Shown: piece by piece, positions 8,765 through 11,395 of the stretch
Layout: each line of letters opens with the position of its first letter
Numbering within the stretch: position 1 is the first letter of the stretch
Assembly: GCA_041697335.1 (NCBI GenBank)
Contig: JBGUGD010000024.1
Span: forward strand, 1-11,395
Reading direction: 5' to 3'
Length of the DNA stretch: 11,395 nt
Source of the DNA: Vampirovibrionaceae bacterium NZW_1234
Lineage (GTDB): Bacteria > Cyanobacteriota > Vampirovibrionia > Vampirovibrionales > JAGQHJ01
Program-made: the position numbers and the translations under genes
Notes under the pieces: generated by a model
Databases searched by the model: none
Seen by the model: only the letters and a program-made list of their open reading frames with translations
What the model was told of the DNA's origin: nothing

Positions 8765-8865
8765 GGGTTTGCCCCGGCCAGACTGGTCCATAGCCCTTGC
8801 TGAGCCGAGCGGCGAAGCTTAGGGATAGCGATGGCAGTAACATCGCTGCTGAACGGATTTTAAGT
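8765..8865 (-). repeat. Degenerate tRNA-Leu(UAA) 3'-half fragment, copy 3, interrupted by a 44-bp insert
   Basis: gggtttgcccc-ggccagact[8785-8828]cga--tggcagtaacatcgctgctgaacggattttaagt aligns to 9782..9841 with about 4 substitutions, small deletions and the insert. Confidence 0.85.
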
Positions 8866-8922
8866 TTCTTGAAACGAGGCTATTTTAACGCCTTCAACAC
8901 AGGAAGATTAGATATCCATTCA

Positions 8923-9354
8923 TTAACTGTTTATCTTCGATTCCAGTTTGGCAAAATCGATAAACGGATTGTAGGTTGGTATTTCTGCCACAAAGTTCTT
9001 GTATCTTTCGGCGTTTTGCCCTCGCAGATCAGCCGTAATCGTTTTTCCTTGCTCATTCAAATAATCCACTTGATCCATTGGTTGGTTATGCAACACAGTG
9101 AGAAACCCTGTTTGGGAAAACACATCACTCGGGGTTAACGATTGTCTTTGTTTGACTTCAGCAATAAGATCGCTTTCGGTCACCAACACATCCTGAAAAG
9201 GAGCTTGTTTATCGCCTGTAGCCGCATGTAAAATACCAACGGGTTTGCCAGATTGCACATGACCACTTACCAGTGTTTCAATCTCGTGGAACGGTTTACC
9301 CAAAAGGGGGATTCTTGCCCCGAACCGTATTGAACCTATCATCATCATCCTCAT
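8923..9354 (-). CDS. Hypothetical protein (~143 aa, ...GSIRFGA...), cassette 2 cargo
   Basis: The ORF fills almost all the space between tRNA fragments 2 and 3. There are AGGA/GAGG RBS candidates and several possible Met starts (MRMMM). Confidence 0.75.
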   Translation of the reverse strand: MRMMMIGSIRFGARIPLLGKPFHEIETLVSGHVQSGKPVGILHAATGDKQAPFQDVLVTESDLIAEVKQRQSLTPSDVFSQTGFLTVLHNQPMDQVDYLNEQGKTITADLRGQNAERYKNFVAEIPTYNPFIDFAKLESKINS

Positions 9355-9382
9355 TTCCTAACAATCCAACCCTAAATAAAAT

Positions 9383-9442
9383 GGGTTTGCCCCGGGCCAG
9401 ACTCGAACTGGCACCGACATCGCTGCCAAACGGATTTTAAGT
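9383..9442 (-). repeat. tRNA-Leu(UAA) 3'-half fragment, copy 2 (att-like)
   Basis: 60 bp, 59/60 identical to 9782..9841. Confidence 0.93.
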
Positions 9443-9455
9443 TCGTTTTAAAAAA

Positions 9456-9749
9456 CTACCTTAACTCATAACCTGCAGGGAGATGGGGATTGGTAATATT
9501 TTTATCTTCTTCAGGCGTATTTTTTCGGAAAGATAAAGTTGATAGATCTACCATGTCAAAAATAGCATTGGCGGCAGCTTTATCTGCTTGATTCTGGACT
9601 TTCAGTGTAATGGTATCCTCTTGCTCTTGTAGAGCATAGTTACGAACACCTTTAAAGATATAAAGTTGCTTTTCCAAGTTCTCACGCTGGAAGCTTGGAA
9701 ATCTGGAAAAAGTAAATACCCCGCTAAAACGTACCGAAGACAAATTCAT
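9456..9749 (-). CDS. Small hypothetical protein (97 aa, MNLSSVRFSGVFTF...), cassette 1 cargo
   Basis: The ATG at 9749 has a GAGGG RBS. The ORF-track start at 9851 runs through the tRNA fragment and is rejected. The stop lies 13 bp before the next tRNA fragment. Confidence 0.75.
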   Translation of the reverse strand: MNLSSVRFSGVFTFSRFPSFQRENLEKQLYIFKGVRNYALQEQEDTITLKVQNQADKAAANAIFDMVDLSTLSFRKNTPEEDKNITNPHLPAGYELR

Positions 9750-9781
9750 ATTGATTTTTCCCTCAGGCTGCTCTGAATAAG

Positions 9782-9843
9782 GGGTTTGCCCCGGGCCAGA
9801 CTCGAACTGGCACCGACATCGCTGCCGAACGGATTTTAAGTCC
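9782..9843 (-). repeat. tRNA-Leu(UAA) 3'-half fragment, copy 1 (att-like; not a complete tRNA)
   Basis: The minus strand reads GGA-CTTAAAA-TCCGT (anticodon TAA), a long variable arm CGGCA-GCGA-TGTCG, T-arm GCCAG-TTCGAGT-CTGGC, acceptor 3' strand CCGGGGC and discriminator A, then AACCC. There is no D-arm or 5' acceptor strand upstream. Confidence 0.93.
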
Positions 9844-10055
9844 ATCGTCACAAAGCCATTCTTGTACTTTTGTGAAGCGGTTAAAACCCTCTGACCAGTT
9901 CAATACTTCACTTTTTAGGGTAAAGTCTCACCGAAGGCTGTCTGTCCAAAAAATGAGACTCGAGTCTCACTGGTAGACGTGACAGATTAAGGATACTACA
10001 GTCCCCACATGGCCCGCTAGCCTGTCGCTTCATGTCACAAGCCATACTGTAGTAT
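9843..10055. repeat. Cluster of short direct/inverted repeats next to the att-like fragment (candidate integrase arm/accessory sites)
   Basis: A perfect 16-bp palindrome tgagactcgagtctca (9954-9969); agtctcac at 9924-9931 and 9963-9970; a 10-bp inverted repeat atactacagt (9993-10002)/actgtagtat (10046-10055); and an imperfect direct repeat gtcacaa(a)gccat at 9847 and 10034. Confidence 0.6.
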
Positions 10056-10073
10056 AAGTTTCGCTGATTAGAG

Positions 10074-10427
10074 CTACTTTTCTTGAGAAATGGCGGCCAA
10101 CATGGCCTCCAGACGAGGCAAAGTTTCAGGCAGGACAGTGGAAGCCGTCACCCAAACACGCTTCATTGAGACGCCAAGGTACTCATGGATAAGGAAATTC
10201 CGGAAAGCAATGATCTGAGGCCAAGGAATCTCAGGGTATTTGTCCTGAAGTGGTTTTGGTATCTTGTTAGCCGCCTCGCCAATCACTTCAAAGCACCGGA
10301 TAACAGCAAAGATAGTCCGTTCATCGGCCAGAAACTGCTCTTCAGTATAGCCCTCCAGAAACTGGCCGACTTTACCAGCATACTCCAGCATGTCTTCCAG
10401 GTAGGTTGCTGGGTCCCGTTTTGTCAT
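10074..10427 (-). CDS. hepT: HEPN-domain (DUF86/HepT-like) RNase toxin
   Basis: Contains EVIGEAA, IPW, and the RX4HxY motif RNFLIHEY. It overlaps the upstream nucleotidyltransferase gene by 4 bp (ATGA). Confidence 0.88.
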   Translation of the reverse strand: MTKRDPATYLEDMLEYAGKVGQFLEGYTEEQFLADERTIFAVIRCFEVIGEAANKIPKPLQDKYPEIPWPQIIAFRNFLIHEYLGVSMKRVWVTASTVLPETLPRLEAMLAAISQEK

Positions 10428-10738
10428 AGCTCAATGGCCTCTGGCAGAATGTATTTTGCCAAGCGCGGCTTCAGGGCTGATTTTTCAACCAGATCCACCT
10501 TACAGCCCAAGGCTTCCTGCAATCTGAGCTGGATTTCAACAAACTCAAAAGCACCGATCTTGTCAGATTCGGCTCCGGGGCGAAACTGAATCAGCAAATC
10601 GACATCACTGGCAGGAGTGGCATCTTCCCGGACCCATGAACCAAATAAAGCTAGCGACTCAATGGGCCATACGGATTGAAGCTGCCGTTTAAGGCGTCTC
10701 AACTCTTCAATCAGTTCTTCTCGGTTATGGAATGTCAT
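10424..10738 (-). CDS. mntA: Minimal nucleotidyltransferase (MNT) antitoxin
   Basis: GSX10DXD motif (LFGSWVREDATPASDVDLL), KVDLV, and a GAGG RBS. Confidence 0.88.
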   Translation of the reverse strand: MTFHNREELIEELRRLKRQLQSVWPIESLALFGSWVREDATPASDVDLLIQFRPGAESDKIGAFEFVEIQLRLQEALGCKVDLVEKSALKPRLAKYILPEAIEL

Positions 10739-10764
10739 TTTATAGACCTCTTTTGTATATCATT

Positions 10765-11394
10765 TTAAGTGATCTCCATAGCAGAAACAGCCACATCATA
10801 AGAAACACCAATGGTCTCAAAGTGTTTCTGTCCGCAAGCAATCTTTTCAGCCTCTGGAAGCCTGAGCTTTAGCTGGTCCTTAGTGGCTTTGGTTTCCCGA
10901 ATCATATAGACGATATGGCCGTTCTGCTTTAAGATCGCCCAATCCGGGTTATAGTCTCCAATTGGGGTTGGCACACGGAACCATGCGGGCAGTTTAATGA
11001 AATATTTGACGTTCTGCATGGTTTCAAGGTCTTCAGCAAACTTCTTTTCAACCATTGAGTCATACATGATGTAGTTATAGACTGACTTTTCGGTGGGAAC
11101 GATCTTGTCCTTAGCGAACTCTAGCTTATGTTCCTCAGTCCGGAAGAGAGACATTTCATAGGAGATTTCATTCAGTTTCTCGTACTGAATACCCTCAATC
11201 ACCAGATGGTGAAGGACTTGCTGAATTTCTTTCACCACCGCATCCATAAACCGCTGAGGATTTACCGTAAAATCATCCAAACGGCCTGAGCGAGACAAAA
11301 CCTCAAAAATGGTTCGCCGGGTCAGCTCCACCCTGCTTTGAACGTAGGTCAGAATGTCGGGTAGCTGAAAAGCCGTAACGGCCTCACTGGAATC
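10765..11394 (-). CDS. Type III restriction-modification Res subunit, C-terminal endonuclease part (partial; start outside window)
   Basis: The frame is open to the window edge (DSSEAVTAFQLPDILTYVQSRVELTRRTI). Motifs DSxxEKKFA, KLPAWFRVPTPIGDYNPDWAI and ETK fit the PD-(D/E)XK nuclease of Type III Res proteins. Confidence 0.87.
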   Translation of the reverse strand, partial: DSSEAVTAFQLPDILTYVQSRVELTRRTIFEVLSRSGRLDDFTVNPQRFMDAVVKEIQQVLHHLVIEGIQYEKLNEISYEMSLFRTEEHKLEFAKDKIVPTEKSVYNYIMYDSMVEKKFAEDLETMQNVKYFIKLPAWFRVPTPIGDYNPDWAILKQNGHIVYMIRETKATKDQLKLRLPEAEKIACGQKHFETIGVSYDVAVSAMEIT

Positions 11395-11395
11395 G

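Larger units (their letters stand above)
9843..11395. mobile_element. Probable end of a genomic island integrated at tRNA-Leu(UAA), continuing beyond the window
   Basis: The boundary is a displaced tRNA 3' fragment starting at the anticodon stem-loop, and the cargo is TA and restriction genes. The integrase and intact tRNA are not in the window, so this is an inference. Confidence 0.6.

Noticed and set aside
3266..8843. Numerous short antisense or alternate-frame ORFs over terC, the kinase, phyH and the intergenic DNA
   Set aside because: These are shadow ORFs of well-supported genes or lack an RBS and recognisable motifs.
8765..9843. CRISPR array
   Set aside because: The repeats are 60-bp tRNA-derived sequences, the intervals are hundreds of bp long and encode ORFs, and no cas genes are visible.
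9750..9851. N-terminal extension of the 131-aa ORF-track call
   Set aside because: It translates the tRNA fragment. The ATG at 9749 has a good RBS and gives the motif-bearing N-terminus.
9782..9870. A complete functional tRNA-Leu gene
   Set aside because: Only the anticodon-to-acceptor 3' half is present. There is no D-arm or complementary 5' acceptor strand (GCCCCGG) at the expected upstream position.

Overview
This is an accessory-rich bacterial window. Several small ORFs with N-terminal [VI]RF[GASQ] motifs suggest Vampirovibrio/Melainabacteria, but this is an inference. From left to right it holds: an AT-rich block (a partial Cys-rich ORF and a 385-aa hypothetical); an 88-bp direct repeat duplicating the 3' end of a 98-aa gene around a single winged-helix-like gene; a TerC-family gene; an orphan 5xPAS-GAF histidine kinase; and a PhyH-type dioxygenase. 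These are followed by three copies of the 3' half of tRNA-Leu(UAA), progressively more decayed leftwards, separating two tightly packed single-ORF cassettes. The right end looks like the end of a tRNA-integrated island: repeat-rich arm DNA, an MNT-HEPN toxin-antitoxin pair and the C-terminal part of a Type III restriction (Res) subunit. The most striking signal is the tRNA-fragment-delimited, integron-like, polarised array of tiny gene cassettes. Its cargo shares an N-terminal motif, and apparent distant homology, with the gene whose 3' end is duplicated at the left.
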